64,000 nucleotides of DNA, taken from assembly GCA_044229975.1 (NCBI GenBank), contig JBGARZ010000012.1, positions 256,001-320,000 of the forward strand, read 5' to 3'. Source of the stretch: Polyangiales bacterium. Its GTDB lineage: Bacteria > Myxococcota_A > Polyangia > Polyangiales > Ga0077539. Below are positions 1 through 9,813 of this stretch, one piece after another. Numbering within the stretch: position 1 is the stretch's first letter; every line of letters begins with the position of its first letter. A program made the position numbers and the translations under genes. The notes below the pieces were generated by a model. The model was given only the letters and a program-made list of their open reading frames with translations, ran no database searches and was not told the DNA's origin.

Positions 1-1545
1 ATGGTGGCGCGCGGGGACGTCTCCGCGATGACCCACTTCTCGTTTCACGGCGGCATGGCCATGGCGATGCTCGCGTACTCCATCCACGAGGGCAGCACGC
101 GCTTCGACGTCGCAGCCGGGCGCATCGCGGAGACACGCTTCGGCGACTACATCGAGGAGATCGCGCGGGGCGACGCCTGGGGCTGCATGGACATCACCGA
201 GCCCGATGCCGGGTCGGACATGGCGCGGCTGCGCACCCGCGGCGAGCTCGGCGCCGACGGGCAGTGGCGTGTCTACGGAGAGAAGATCTTCATCACCTCG
301 GGACACGGGAAGTTCCACTTCGTCATCGCCCGCACCGAGGAGGCCGGCAGCGGCGACGATGCGTTTGCGGGGCTCAAGGGCCTGTCGATGTTTCTGGTGA
401 AGGCCTTCGACGAGCAGCCCGATGGGACGCGGGTGAGGCACGTCTCGGTGGAGCGGCTGGAGGAGAAGCTCGGGCACCACGGGTCGGTGACGGCGGCGCT
501 GCTCTTCGACGGAGCGCCCGCGCAGCTCATCGGCCAGCGGGGCGAAGGCTTCAAGTACATGCTCGTGCTGATGAACAACGCCCGCGTGGGCGTGGCCTTC
601 GAGTCCATCGGGCTCGCCGAGTGCGCGTTTCGCATGGCGCGGGAGTACGCGGCGGGGAGGCGTTCGATGGGCAAGGCCATCGCGCAGCACGAGATGATCG
701 CCGACCTGCTCGACGAGATGGAGAGCGACCTGCTGGGGCTGCGGGCGCTCGCGGCGACGTCGGCCTTCCACGAAGAGATGGCGCAGAAGATGGCGCTGCT
801 GGAGCGCTTCACCGACACCGGGACGGATGCGGAGAAGGCGCGGGTGAAGCGCGACCTGCCGCGGCACCGGGCGCGCTCGCGGCGGTACACGCCGCTGCTC
901 AAGTACCTCGCGGCGGAGAAGGCCGTGGAGATCGCGCGGCGCAACGTGCAGATCCACGGCGGCGTCGGGTACACGAAGGAGTACGGCGCGGAGAAGCTGC
1001 TGCGCGACGCGCTGGTGCTGCCGATCTACGAGGGGACGAGCCAGATCCAGTCGCTGATGGCGATGAAGGACACGCTGCTCGGCATCATCAAGCGGCCACA
1101 GGCCTTTCTGCGAAAGCTGGGGCAGGCACGGTGGCGGGCGATGACCGCGACAGACGCGCTGGAGAAGCGGCTCGCGGCGGTGTCGGTGCTGTCGCTGTCG
1201 GCACAGCAGCACCTGCTGACGCGCACGGCGGCGGACAAGTTCAAGACCCTGGGCGGGACGCCGGTGGGTGATTGGAAGGCGACGCTGACGAAGGACTGGG
1301 ACCCGAAGCGCGACTTCGCGCTGGCGATGCTGCACGCCGAGCGGCTCACGCGGCTGCTGGCGGACGAGGCCATCGCGGAGATCCTGTGGGAGCAATCGCA
1401 GAAGCACCCCGAGCGGCGCGAGGTGCTGTCGCGCTGGCTCGATCGGTGCGAGCTGCGGGACCGGGCGCTGCACGAGGAGATCACGACGACGGGCGAGCGG
1501 ATGCTGGCGAAGCTGGCGGCGCAGCGGGCGGGGGTGGGGGCGTGA
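1..1545 (+). CDS. Acyl-CoA dehydrogenase (5' part probably outside the window)
   Basis: Motifs ITEPDAGSD, GEKIFITSG, EEKLGHHGS, QIHGGVGY and PIYEGTSQIQ. Confidence 0.93.
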   Translation: MVARGDVSAMTHFSFHGGMAMAMLAYSIHEGSTRFDVAAGRIAETRFGDYIEEIARGDAWGCMDITEPDAGSDMARLRTRGELGADGQWRVYGEKIFITSGHGKFHFVIARTEEAGSGDDAFAGLKGLSMFLVKAFDEQPDGTRVRHVSVERLEEKLGHHGSVTAALLFDGAPAQLIGQRGEGFKYMLVLMNNARVGVAFESIGLAECAFRMAREYAAGRRSMGKAIAQHEMIADLLDEMESDLLGLRALAATSAFHEEMAQKMALLERFTDTGTDAEKARVKRDLPRHRARSRRYTPLLKYLAAEKAVEIARRNVQIHGGVGYTKEYGAEKLLRDALVLPIYEGTSQIQSLMAMKDTLLGIIKRPQAFLRKLGQARWRAMTATDALEKRLAAVSVLSLSAQQHLLTRTAADKFKTLGGTPVGDWKATLTKDWDPKRDFALAMLHAERLTRLLADEAIAEILWEQSQKHPERREVLSRWLDRCELRDRALHEEITTTGERMLAKLAAQRAGVGA

Positions 1546-2453
1546 GCGTCTCCAACCGATTCCTGCTGGACCAGGGGCCGATGCTGGCGACGCTCGCCCG
1601 CGTGGCGGTCTCGTCGTTGCGGAAGCCCACGGTGGGTGGGACGCCGAGCGCGCCTGGGGAATGGCTGGAGGTCGAGCTGCCGCCGCGGCCCGACGCGCTG
1701 GTCAACGCCTACGTGCGCCACGTCGGGGGCGACGTGAGCGCGTACAAGAAGACGCTGCCGGTGCACCTCTTCCCGCAGTGGGCAGTGCCGGTCGCGGCGC
1801 GAACGCTGGAGGGCCTTCCCTACCAGATGGTCAAGGTGCTCAACGCGGGGTGCAGCGTGACGGTCAACGGGCCGCTGCCGCGCGGTGAGGCGCTGGTGGT
1901 GCGGGCGCGGCTGGAGTCCGTGGACGACGACGGGCGACGGGCCATCCTGACGCAGCGGGTGGTCACCGGGACGCGCAGCAGCCCCGACGCGCTGGTGACG
2001 GACATCCGGGCGTATGTTCCGCTGGAGGGCGCGAAGGGCGGGGCGAAGAAGGAGCACCGGGGGGTCGCGCTCGACGCGCGGGAGATCGGGTCGCTGCGGG
2101 TGGGAGCCGACGCCGGGATGGACTTCGCGCGGCTCACGGGCGACCTGAACCCCATCCATTGGCTGGCGCCGTACGCGCGGGCCTTCGGGTACAAGCGGCC
2201 CATCCTGCATGGGTTCGCGACGCTCGCGCGGGCCGTGGAGGTGTTGCAGCGCGGGCGGTTTGCGGGGGACGTGCACCGGCTGCGGACGGTGGACGCGCGC
2301 TTCAGTCGGCCGCTGGTGCTGCCCGCGCGGGTCAATGTGTACCTCGTGGGGAGCGATCGCCTCGCGGTCGCGGATGCGCCGGGGGCGGCGCCGTATCTCG
2401 ATGCGACGTTCTCGGTGTCGGATTCCGGCGCTCTCACGAACGCCGGTTCCTGA
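1542..2453 (+). CDS. MaoC/hotdog (R)-specific enoyl-CoA hydratase/dehydratase
   Basis: FARLTGDLNPIH...ILHG hydratase-2 motif; GTG start overlaps the upstream TGA (GTGA). Confidence 0.88.
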   Translation: MSVSNRFLLDQGPMLATLARVAVSSLRKPTVGGTPSAPGEWLEVELPPRPDALVNAYVRHVGGDVSAYKKTLPVHLFPQWAVPVAARTLEGLPYQMVKVLNAGCSVTVNGPLPRGEALVVRARLESVDDDGRRAILTQRVVTGTRSSPDALVTDIRAYVPLEGAKGGAKKEHRGVALDAREIGSLRVGADAGMDFARLTGDLNPIHWLAPYARAFGYKRPILHGFATLARAVEVLQRGRFAGDVHRLRTVDARFSRPLVLPARVNVYLVGSDRLAVADAPGAAPYLDATFSVSDSGALTNAGS

Positions 2454-2485
2454 AGCCTTTTCATTGTGACTTTGGAGATGAGCTC

Positions 2486-3910
2486 ATGAGTGATCTGCTG
2501 GTCGAACTCGGTCGTAACCCCAACGCGCGGCGCTTCGTGCAGGCGCTCGGGCTGCCACTGCCATTGCCGACGGCGCTGCGGCGCGCGAAGGGTCCATTGC
2601 CGTCGCAACCGCTCACCGATCAGACCGTGGTCGTCGGGGCGAGCGATGCGGGAGAGCTCGTCGACATGCTCGCGGCGACGCTCCCGGCGGCGGGCGCCAA
2701 CCCGGTGCTGGTGCTGTCGCAGACGCAGGCGTTTGCGGCGCCGGGCGAGGCGCATGGGCGTCCGGCGAAGGCGGCGGATGCGTTGCCCGAAGGGGCGCGG
2801 GTCGAGGCGCTGGTCTACGACGCGACGGGGCTCAGCGGCGCGGAAGCGCTCGGGGCCCTGCACAGCTTCTTCCAGCCGTGGGTGGGGCGACTCGCGCGCT
2901 CGGGGCGGGTGCTGGTGCTGGGTCGACCCGTCGACGAAGCGGGGCTGTCGGCCGACGCCGCGGCGGCGCAGTCGTCGCTCGACGGCTTCGTGAAGAGCCT
3001 CGCCAAGGAGCTCGGTCGCAACGGCGTGACGGCCAACCTGCTGCGCGTCGAGACCGGCGCCGAAGCGCTCGCCGGACCGGTGCTGCGATGGGTGCTCTCG
3101 CAGCGATCGGCCTTCGTCTCGGGGCAGCCGCTGCGGGTGTCACGCACTGCCGCCATCGGCGACGTGCAGATCACGGTGCGGCCGCTGGAGAAGCGCGTGG
3201 CCCTGGTGACGGGTGCGGCGCAGGGCATCGGCGCGGCGACGGCGCGGGCGCTCGCGGCGGAGGGCGCCCATGTGCTGTGCCTCGATCGCCCGCAGGAGGA
3301 TGCGGCGACGGCGAAGCTCGCGCGGGACATCCACGGGACGCCGGTGCTGGCCGATCTGTCGGACCTCGACGCGGCGATCGCGACGGTGCGCGCGGCGGTG
3401 GAGGCGCGGGGCGGTATCGACGTGATGGTGCACAACGCGGGCGTGACGCGCGACCGAACGATGGCGCGCATGAAGCGTGAGCACTGGGACGCGGTGCTGG
3501 GCATCAACCTGCGCGCGGTGCTGGCGATGGACGCGGCGCTCGACCCGCTGCTGCGAGAGCGCGGGCGGGTGGTGTGCCTGTCGAGCATCGCGGGCATCTC
3601 CGGCAACGTGGGCCAGACGGCCTACGCCGCGAGCAAGAGCGCGCTCATCGGGTGGGTGCGGGCGCGGGCGAAGGAGACGGCGGCGCGCGGGGTGACCGTC
3701 AACGCGGTGGCGCCGGGCTTCATCGAGACGCGGATGACGGCGGCCGTTCCGGTGGCGATTCGCGAGGCGGGGCGGCGGCTCTCGGCGCTGGGTCAGGGCG
3801 GGATGCCGGAGGATGTCGCGGGGGCCATCACCTTCCTGGCGACGCCGGCGGCGCAGGGGGTGACGGGGCAGGTGTTGCGGGTGTGCGGCGGGGCGTTTCT
3901 GGGTGCGTGA
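2486..3910 (+). CDS. fabG: High-molecular-weight 3-oxoacyl reductase (FabG4-like SDR)
   Basis: Degenerate N-terminal domain plus TGAAQGIG, HNAGVTRD, YAASK and VAPGFIET. Confidence 0.88.
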   Translation: MSDLLVELGRNPNARRFVQALGLPLPLPTALRRAKGPLPSQPLTDQTVVVGASDAGELVDMLAATLPAAGANPVLVLSQTQAFAAPGEAHGRPAKAADALPEGARVEALVYDATGLSGAEALGALHSFFQPWVGRLARSGRVLVLGRPVDEAGLSADAAAAQSSLDGFVKSLAKELGRNGVTANLLRVETGAEALAGPVLRWVLSQRSAFVSGQPLRVSRTAAIGDVQITVRPLEKRVALVTGAAQGIGAATARALAAEGAHVLCLDRPQEDAATAKLARDIHGTPVLADLSDLDAAIATVRAAVEARGGIDVMVHNAGVTRDRTMARMKREHWDAVLGINLRAVLAMDAALDPLLRERGRVVCLSSIAGISGNVGQTAYAASKSALIGWVRARAKETAARGVTVNAVAPGFIETRMTAAVPVAIREAGRRLSALGQGGMPEDVAGAITFLATPAAQGVTGQVLRVCGGAFLGA

Positions 3911-3925
3911 CCGATCGGTAAGGGA

Positions 3926-5230
3926 GTGACGAACATGAACGCGAACAACGGTCGGCGGGCGGTGGTGGTGGCGGGGGCGAGGACGCCGTTCGTGAAGGCG
4001 TTTGGGGAGTTCACGACGATGGACACCATCGCGCTGGGGGCGGCGGCGGCGCGCGGGGCGATGGCGCAGGCGGGCCTCGGCGTGAGGGACATCGACTCGG
4101 TGGTGTGGGGCGGCGTCATCCTGCCGAGCGGGTCGCCCAACGTGGGTCGCGAGATCGCGCTCGACCTGGGGCTCGACCCACGCGCAGAAGCGATGACCGT
4201 GACGCGGGCGTGCGCGTCGGGCTTGCAGGCCATCACGCTGGCGGCGGCGGCCATCGAGCGCGGTGAGGCCGACGTGGTGCTGTGCGGCGGGAGCGACTCG
4301 ACCAGCAACGCGGAGATCAAGCTGCCGCAGAAGGTGGTTCATGCGCTGGCGCCGCTGGCGCTGGGCAAGCCGACGCCCGCGGACTACCTCGGGGTGGTCG
4401 GGAAGATGTGGCCGCCGTCCGAGGTGCTGCCGCGGCAGCCGAGGATCGCCGAGCGCTCGACGGGCGAGGTGATGGGCGAGGCGGCCGAGCGGATGGCGAC
4501 GCGCAACGAGATCAGTCGCGCGGCGCAGGACGAGTTCGCGCTGCGGTCGCACCAGCGGGCGGCGGCGGCGATGGCGAGCGGGCGCTTCGACGACGAGGTG
4601 ATCGCGGTGACCACGCCGGAGGGCAAGACCGTGCACGCCGACGGGCTGGTGCGCGCGGAGAGCTCGCTGGAGAAGCTGGGGAAGCTGCGGGCGGTGTTCA
4701 AGAAGGGCGGAACGCTCACGGCGGGCAACAGCAGCCCGCTGACGGACGGCGGTGCGGCGGTGGTGCTGATGAGCGAGGCGAAGGCGCGCTCACTGGGGCT
4801 CAAGCCGCGGGCGGCGTTTCGGTCGTGGGCCTACGTGGGCGTCGACCCGGCGGACCAGTTGCTGATGGGCCCGGCGCTGGCGATGCCACTGGCGCTGGAG
4901 CGAGCGGGCTTGTCGCTGGCGGACATGGACCTGGTGGACGTTCACGAGGCCTTCGCGGCGCAGGTGCTGAGCGTGCTGAAGATGCTCGGCAGCGAGGCGT
5001 TTGCGAAGGCGCGGCTGGGGCGTGAGAGCGCCGTGGGCGTGGTGGCGGACGAGCGACTCAACGTGCACGGCGGGTCGCTGGCATTGGGTCACCCGTTTGG
5101 CGCGACGGGCGCGCGGATGGTGACGACGATGGCCAACGAGCTGGCGCGGACGGGGAAGAAGACGGCGTTGTTGGGCATCTGCGCGGCGGGCGGACTCGGC
5201 GCGGCGGCGGTGCTCGAACGGGTGGAGTGA
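3926..5230 (+). CDS. Acetyl-CoA C-acyltransferase (thiolase, FadI/FadA2-like)
   Basis: RTPF, RACASG (catalytic Cys), HEAFA, GHPFGATG and ICAAGG. Confidence 0.93.
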   Translation: MTNMNANNGRRAVVVAGARTPFVKAFGEFTTMDTIALGAAAARGAMAQAGLGVRDIDSVVWGGVILPSGSPNVGREIALDLGLDPRAEAMTVTRACASGLQAITLAAAAIERGEADVVLCGGSDSTSNAEIKLPQKVVHALAPLALGKPTPADYLGVVGKMWPPSEVLPRQPRIAERSTGEVMGEAAERMATRNEISRAAQDEFALRSHQRAAAAMASGRFDDEVIAVTTPEGKTVHADGLVRAESSLEKLGKLRAVFKKGGTLTAGNSSPLTDGGAAVVLMSEAKARSLGLKPRAAFRSWAYVGVDPADQLLMGPALAMPLALERAGLSLADMDLVDVHEAFAAQVLSVLKMLGSEAFAKARLGRESAVGVVADERLNVHGGSLALGHPFGATGARMVTTMANELARTGKKTALLGICAAGGLGAAAVLERVE

Positions 5231-5368
5231 TGTCTCATCGCGACGACGTGTGCGGCTTCGAGACGACACCCGCGCTCGTCTCCCATCGCGCAAACCCACG
5301 GTGACTCCGCGCTGGCCGACGCCGTGCACGGGGCTCCGATCGTTCTTCCAACGAACGGAGTCCACGCC

Positions 5369-6142
5369 ATGAAGCACACCATCCTCTCTCTCGCGTTGCT
5401 CTCCCTCTCGGCCGTCGCGTGCGGCGGTGATTCCGCCGACGCCGAGGAGATCAACACCTCCGCCGACGCCATCGAAGGAACCTCCGACACGCAGGCCCTC
5501 GTCACCGCCGCCGTCGACCCGGTGACGGCCGCGACCACGCCCGAGGCCGCCGCGACCATGGCCGCCACCGCGGCGTCGACCTACTACCAGCCCGCGGGCT
5601 GCGTGGTGGCCACGACGTCAGGCGCCACGGCGACGTACCAGTTCACCAGCTGTCGCGGGCCGTACGGGCTCGTCAACGTCAACGGCTCGCTCACCGCGCG
5701 CTACGTCGCGCGCACCGCCACCGGCTGGACCGTCCAGGTCACGGGAGCGCTCCAGGCCAACAGCACCACGCTGCGCCCCGACGTGACGGCCACGGTGTCG
5801 AGCGCGGGCGCCACCCGCACGGCCACCATGACGCTGGCGGGCGGCGGAACGGGTCGTCGCGGCGTGGAATACACCAACCGCGGGACATACACGGCGACCT
5901 GGGACGGCACCTGCTTCGGCATCAACGGCTCGGTCACGAGCACCTCGTCGTCGGCGGGCGCGGTGACCTTCACGGCCAGCAACTACCGTCGCTGTCGCGG
6001 CGCGTGCCCCGACGCGGGCGGCGTCGTGTCGGTGTCGGGTGAGAGCGGGACGGTGACGGTCACGTACTCGGGCGGGGCGACGGCGATGGTGACGGGGGCG
6101 CGCACCAGCACGGTGCGGCTGTTCTGCTCGACCGGGAGCTGA
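5369..6142 (+). CDS. Hypothetical Thr/Ser/Gly-rich lipoprotein
   Basis: MKHTILSLALLSLSAVAC lipobox-like signal; GGAG upstream of ATG. Confidence 0.75.
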   Translation: MKHTILSLALLSLSAVACGGDSADAEEINTSADAIEGTSDTQALVTAAVDPVTAATTPEAAATMAATAASTYYQPAGCVVATTSGATATYQFTSCRGPYGLVNVNGSLTARYVARTATGWTVQVTGALQANSTTLRPDVTATVSSAGATRTATMTLAGGGTGRRGVEYTNRGTYTATWDGTCFGINGSVTSTSSSAGAVTFTASNYRRCRGACPDAGGVVSVSGESGTVTVTYSGGATAMVTGARTSTVRLFCSTGS

Positions 6143-6144
6143 CC

Positions 6145-7608
6145 CTACGGCGGGATGGACTCGCAGCGACCAGTCGCGGTCGCGCACACCAGCGGCTCGC
6201 AGCAGTCGGCGTCGGTGCGGCACATCCCGCAGCTCCCGCCCACGCAGGCCTGGCTCGTGCGGCACGAACCACATCGACGACACACCGTCGGCGGCGGCTC
6301 TTCGGGGCAGTCGTCGCCCGCCCGCAAGATCGACCGGTCGTAGTGAACGTCGAGGTCGCCGCCGGTGATGATGTCGTTGGCGAAGAGGGCGCCGTGGAGG
6401 TTCATGTACCCGGCGATGGTGACGGCCGCGCGCGGGGCGTAGACGTTGCCCACGAAGCGCGACGCGCCCAGCAGCGTGAACCCGCGGTTGCCGCCGATGT
6501 AGATGCGAACGCCCGATGGGCGGCTTGTTCCGCCCATGCGGAGGTAGCCCGCGCCGAGGACCGATCCGGCGATGAAGACGTCGAGCTCACCGCGCGGACC
6601 GAGCTCCACGTTGAAGAAGCCGCCGAGGTCGAAGTCGCCGCCGATGAAGAGGGCGGTGCGACCCTCCACGCGGAGCTCGATGCTGCCGAGGCCCGCGACG
6701 CGCTCGGCGTAGAAGCGGCCGCACGGGAGCGTGGTGACCTGCCGCCCGATGACGGCGTTGAAGCGCGTCGGGTCGAAGAGGCCGTCGACGTTGTCGTTGC
6801 GGGTCTGGGCGTCGCGCACGGCCGCGGCGGCGTCGAAGATCTCGCTCGCGCCGCACGCGCACGGCGGGTCGATGGTGATGTTGGCGCGCGAGCGGGTTCC
6901 GGCGACGCGGATGACGCCGATGGCGAGGGCGCCGTTCTGGTGGACGAGGTCGCCGCCGACGTCCATGGGGCCGAGGGCGGTGATGTTGCTGCGGACGCGG
7001 GCGTTGCGGTCGATGTCGAGGGTTCCGACGACCTCCAGCGGGCCGCCGAGGTTGAAGTCGTGGTCGAGGTTGTGCGCGCCGACGAGGCGCAGCGGCGAGA
7101 TGCCCGCCATGGTGAGCGTGTCGCCGATCTGGCTGTACCCGATGATGGAGTAGTTGCCGTTGACGCCCACGGCGCCGCCGCGCTCGCGGCCCATCATCGG
7201 GCCGCGCGACGAGTCGTAGGAGTCGGTGCGCAGGAAGCCCGCGAGCCCGAGGTTGTTGCAGCTACACAGCGAGTAGCGGAACACCGACTCCGCCAGACGC
7301 CCCGCGCAGCGCATGGCGCCGGGCGGCCCTACCTGCACGGGAGGACCAGAGCCCTCGCAGAACATCGCGCGGGTCAAGCCGACATCGGGGGTGCCGGCGT
7401 CGACGGGCTCCTCGGGGCGATCGGCCGCGGGTACGTCGAGCGCGCCGACGTCGAAGGTCGGAACGGGGACGTCGGCGCGGGGGAGGCCGAGGTCGGGGCG
7501 GGGTGTTCCGGAGTCGGCGCCGACGACGACGGTTTGTTCGGCCGCGCACCCAAGCGCGATCGAGCCGAATGCGAGTCGGACGAGCAGGCGGGCTGGACCA
7601 GCGTTCAC
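6145..7608 (-). CDS. Secreted lipoprotein with PD-rich linker, probable beta-helical domain and Cys-rich tail
   Basis: ALGC lipobox, FVGNVYAP...GALFA-type repeats and C-terminal CRTDADCC cluster. Confidence 0.7.
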   Translation of the reverse strand: MNAGPARLLVRLAFGSIALGCAAEQTVVVGADSGTPRPDLGLPRADVPVPTFDVGALDVPAADRPEEPVDAGTPDVGLTRAMFCEGSGPPVQVGPPGAMRCAGRLAESVFRYSLCSCNNLGLAGFLRTDSYDSSRGPMMGRERGGAVGVNGNYSIIGYSQIGDTLTMAGISPLRLVGAHNLDHDFNLGGPLEVVGTLDIDRNARVRSNITALGPMDVGGDLVHQNGALAIGVIRVAGTRSRANITIDPPCACGASEIFDAAAAVRDAQTRNDNVDGLFDPTRFNAVIGRQVTTLPCGRFYAERVAGLGSIELRVEGRTALFIGGDFDLGGFFNVELGPRGELDVFIAGSVLGAGYLRMGGTSRPSGVRIYIGGNRGFTLLGASRFVGNVYAPRAAVTIAGYMNLHGALFANDIITGGDLDVHYDRSILRAGDDCPEEPPPTVCRRCGSCRTSQACVGGSCGMCRTDADCCEPLVCATATGRCESIPP

Positions 7609-7651
7609 GGAGACCTCCCTGTCGTGGGCGACGGTACACCCGAGGCGGCAG

Positions 7652-7772
7652 GGTGGGGACGGTTTCAGCTTTTCAAGTTGTTACGAATGAGCGCGCCCGT
7701 AACAACTTGAAAAGCTGAGACCGTCCCCACCGCCTCCCGCAACCAACAAGGTGAAACGCTGAAACCGTCCCC
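7652..7772. repeat. 34-bp inverted repeat plus a third degenerate copy (REP/REPIN-like)
   Basis: 7652-7685 GGTGGGGACGGTTTCAGCTTTTCAAGTTGTTACG vs 7698-7731 (1 mismatch, 12-bp loop); third copy AACAAGGTGAAACGCTGAAACCGTCCCC at 7745-7772. Confidence 0.9.
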
Positions 7773-7777
7773 GGCGC

Positions 7778-8860
7778 TCAGCGCGCGGCGGGCGGAGCGG
7801 CGGGGGGATCGGGCGTGTACGCGCCGAACGCCGCCGCATCGACAATGGCGGCGATGAAGTACCCGACGCCCATGCCGATGTAGATCGGGACGTTGACGTC
7901 GCTGGCGTTGGCCGACTCCGCGGTGAGGTACCCACCAAGCGCGCCGAGTCCGACGACGCCCGCGCGCAGACCGACGGACGCGAGCGCCGTGAGCGGGCGG
8001 GCGTGCGCGGCGTGGATGATGGGCGCGCCCACCGAGCCGATGACCGCGCCGGTGACCACCGCCTCGGACGACTCCAGGCCCGCGCCCGCACCGATGAGGC
8101 CGGCGCCCAGGAGGTCGGTGAGCAGGAGCTGCCAGCGGTACGACACCTCCGGCGGCGGCGCAGGCGGCAGCACGACGGGCGGTCGCACCGGCGCGACGAC
8201 CACGACGGGCGGCGGCAGCGGGCGCGGCGGCGGCGGCGCGGGGAGCACCGGCGCGGGAGGCGGTGGCGGCGGCGGCAGCGGGCGGAAGCTCACCCGGAGC
8301 TGCTGCTCGGTGCGCGCGAAGACCTCCACGCCCGAGCGGAACGTCACCATCCCATCGGCCTCGGCCACCACCTCGGCGTGACCCGTGGAGACCGCAAACG
8401 GAGCCGTCCACTGCGCCACCGGAACCTCGCGACCGTTGAGGGTCACGCGAAACCCGGGCGGGGTGATCTCCGGGAGCACCAGGCGAAGGCGACCCACCTG
8501 CGACTCGGTCTGCGTGACGACGGCCTGGCAGGCGGCCACGATGCGGACCCGGTTGCGGAGCGCGCGGTCGTTGCCCGCGTCGACGAGGCAGAGCGTGGCG
8601 GCGTCGAGGGCCTCGATGGTCTGCCCGAGCGCGAGGTGCTCCTGCGCGACGAGCATGCGGAGCGACGGGCTCCAGCGAAACTCGCCCGCCTGGAGTCCGA
8701 AGGCGAGGGCCTGGGCGTGCAGCCCCTCGCGCTGGGCGGTGTCGGCCTGCTGAACGAGCGTGCGCCGCGCGGCTTCGTTGGGCCCCGTCTGCGCCGCGGC
8801 GGGGAGCGCGAGGGCGGCGAGGGCGGAGCAGAGGGCGAGGGCGGGTGCGGTGCGCGTCAT
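7778..8860 (-). CDS. Secreted TPR/PEGA-like protein with Pro-rich linker and hydrophobic C-terminus
   Basis: Signal peptide ending AAAQ, helical N-terminus, beta domain, PPPP linker and Gly-rich hydrophobic helices. Confidence 0.7.
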   Translation of the reverse strand: MTRTAPALALCSALAALALPAAAQTGPNEAARRTLVQQADTAQREGLHAQALAFGLQAGEFRWSPSLRMLVAQEHLALGQTIEALDAATLCLVDAGNDRALRNRVRIVAACQAVVTQTESQVGRLRLVLPEITPPGFRVTLNGREVPVAQWTAPFAVSTGHAEVVAEADGMVTFRSGVEVFARTEQQLRVSFRPLPPPPPPPAPVLPAPPPPRPLPPPVVVVAPVRPPVVLPPAPPPEVSYRWQLLLTDLLGAGLIGAGAGLESSEAVVTGAVIGSVGAPIIHAAHARPLTALASVGLRAGVVGLGALGGYLTAESANASDVNVPIYIGMGVGYFIAAIVDAAAFGAYTPDPPAAPPAAR

Positions 8861-8945
8861 GGCCGACGGGAGTGATAACCGATGCCGGGGAAAGTCGCCT
8901 CGCTCCATGCTCGTGGATGGCCGGACGAGGCCGCGCGCTTCACCG

Positions 8946-9770
8946 CTACTTGATGATGACGAAGGTCTGCTGGTTGAGGGCGACGAGGGTTCCGCGGGCG
9001 GTCCAGAGCTCGCGAAACTCGGCGACGAAGCCCTCGTGGGTGGCGGGCGACGACGAGCGGTAGAAGAGCGGTTCGGCCGGGTCGAGCGTCGCCGGGTCGG
9101 CCAGCAGTTGCAGCGTGAACGCCACCGTCGCCATGGGCCGCGGCGTCGTCTCCATGGCGTAGATGGCAGGCCAGTAGGCGTCCATGAGCCCGATGACCTC
9201 GGGCACGCCCAACGCGACGGTCTTCGTGAGCCGAACCCAGCCCTCGGCCCCCGACTTCGGACCGCCGCTGAAGGGCCACGGACCCGTCGCGCGAAACTCC
9301 ATCATCCGCGCGAAGTGTGGCCCCATCGGCGGGCGCACCGGGATCACGTCCACCTCCGTCCATGGGGTCGTCGGAACGGGTGACACGAGGGTGGTTCCGT
9401 CGCGCTCGGTGGTGCGCGCCTTCCCCATGACGGCGCTGGCGTGGGCGAGCACCTCTCCGTTCTGCGCGAGCCATGCTTGCCAGCTCGACACGCCGTTGCC
9501 GCGGCGCAGTGCCTTCACCGTGACCTCGGCCGCCCCCGGTTGAACGGGACCCACGATCTCACCGCTCAGCGAGCGCAACGTGCGGTCGGCGTCGGGCTCG
9601 GCGTGGAGCGTGGCGCGGGCGAGGGTTCCGAGGACGAGGCCACCGAAGGCGCCGCGACCCTGCTGCCAGCCATCGGGGATGGAGGCGAGATAGCGGCCGT
9701 CGCCGTCGGGCTCGACGTGCGAGGCGAGGAGGAAATCGTCGGTGGTGGGCGGGGCGAGCTCGTCGGTCAT
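8946..9770 (-). CDS. Acyl-CoA thioesterase (TesB-like double hotdog)
   Basis: WQQGRGAFGG, DAYWP and ELWTARGTLVA motifs. Confidence 0.85.
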   Translation of the reverse strand: MTDELAPPTTDDFLLASHVEPDGDGRYLASIPDGWQQGRGAFGGLVLGTLARATLHAEPDADRTLRSLSGEIVGPVQPGAAEVTVKALRRGNGVSSWQAWLAQNGEVLAHASAVMGKARTTERDGTTLVSPVPTTPWTEVDVIPVRPPMGPHFARMMEFRATGPWPFSGGPKSGAEGWVRLTKTVALGVPEVIGLMDAYWPAIYAMETTPRPMATVAFTLQLLADPATLDPAEPLFYRSSSPATHEGFVAEFRELWTARGTLVALNQQTFVIIK

Positions 9771-9813
9771 CGCCCGGTCATAGGGGCGCTGCGGCGCGCG
9801 TGGGAAGAGGCTT

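Noticed and set aside
5313..5327. Sigma54-like site TGGCCGACGCCGTGC upstream of the 5369 lipoprotein
   Set aside because: GG-N10-GC spacing fits, but the match is weak and likely by chance in GC-rich DNA.
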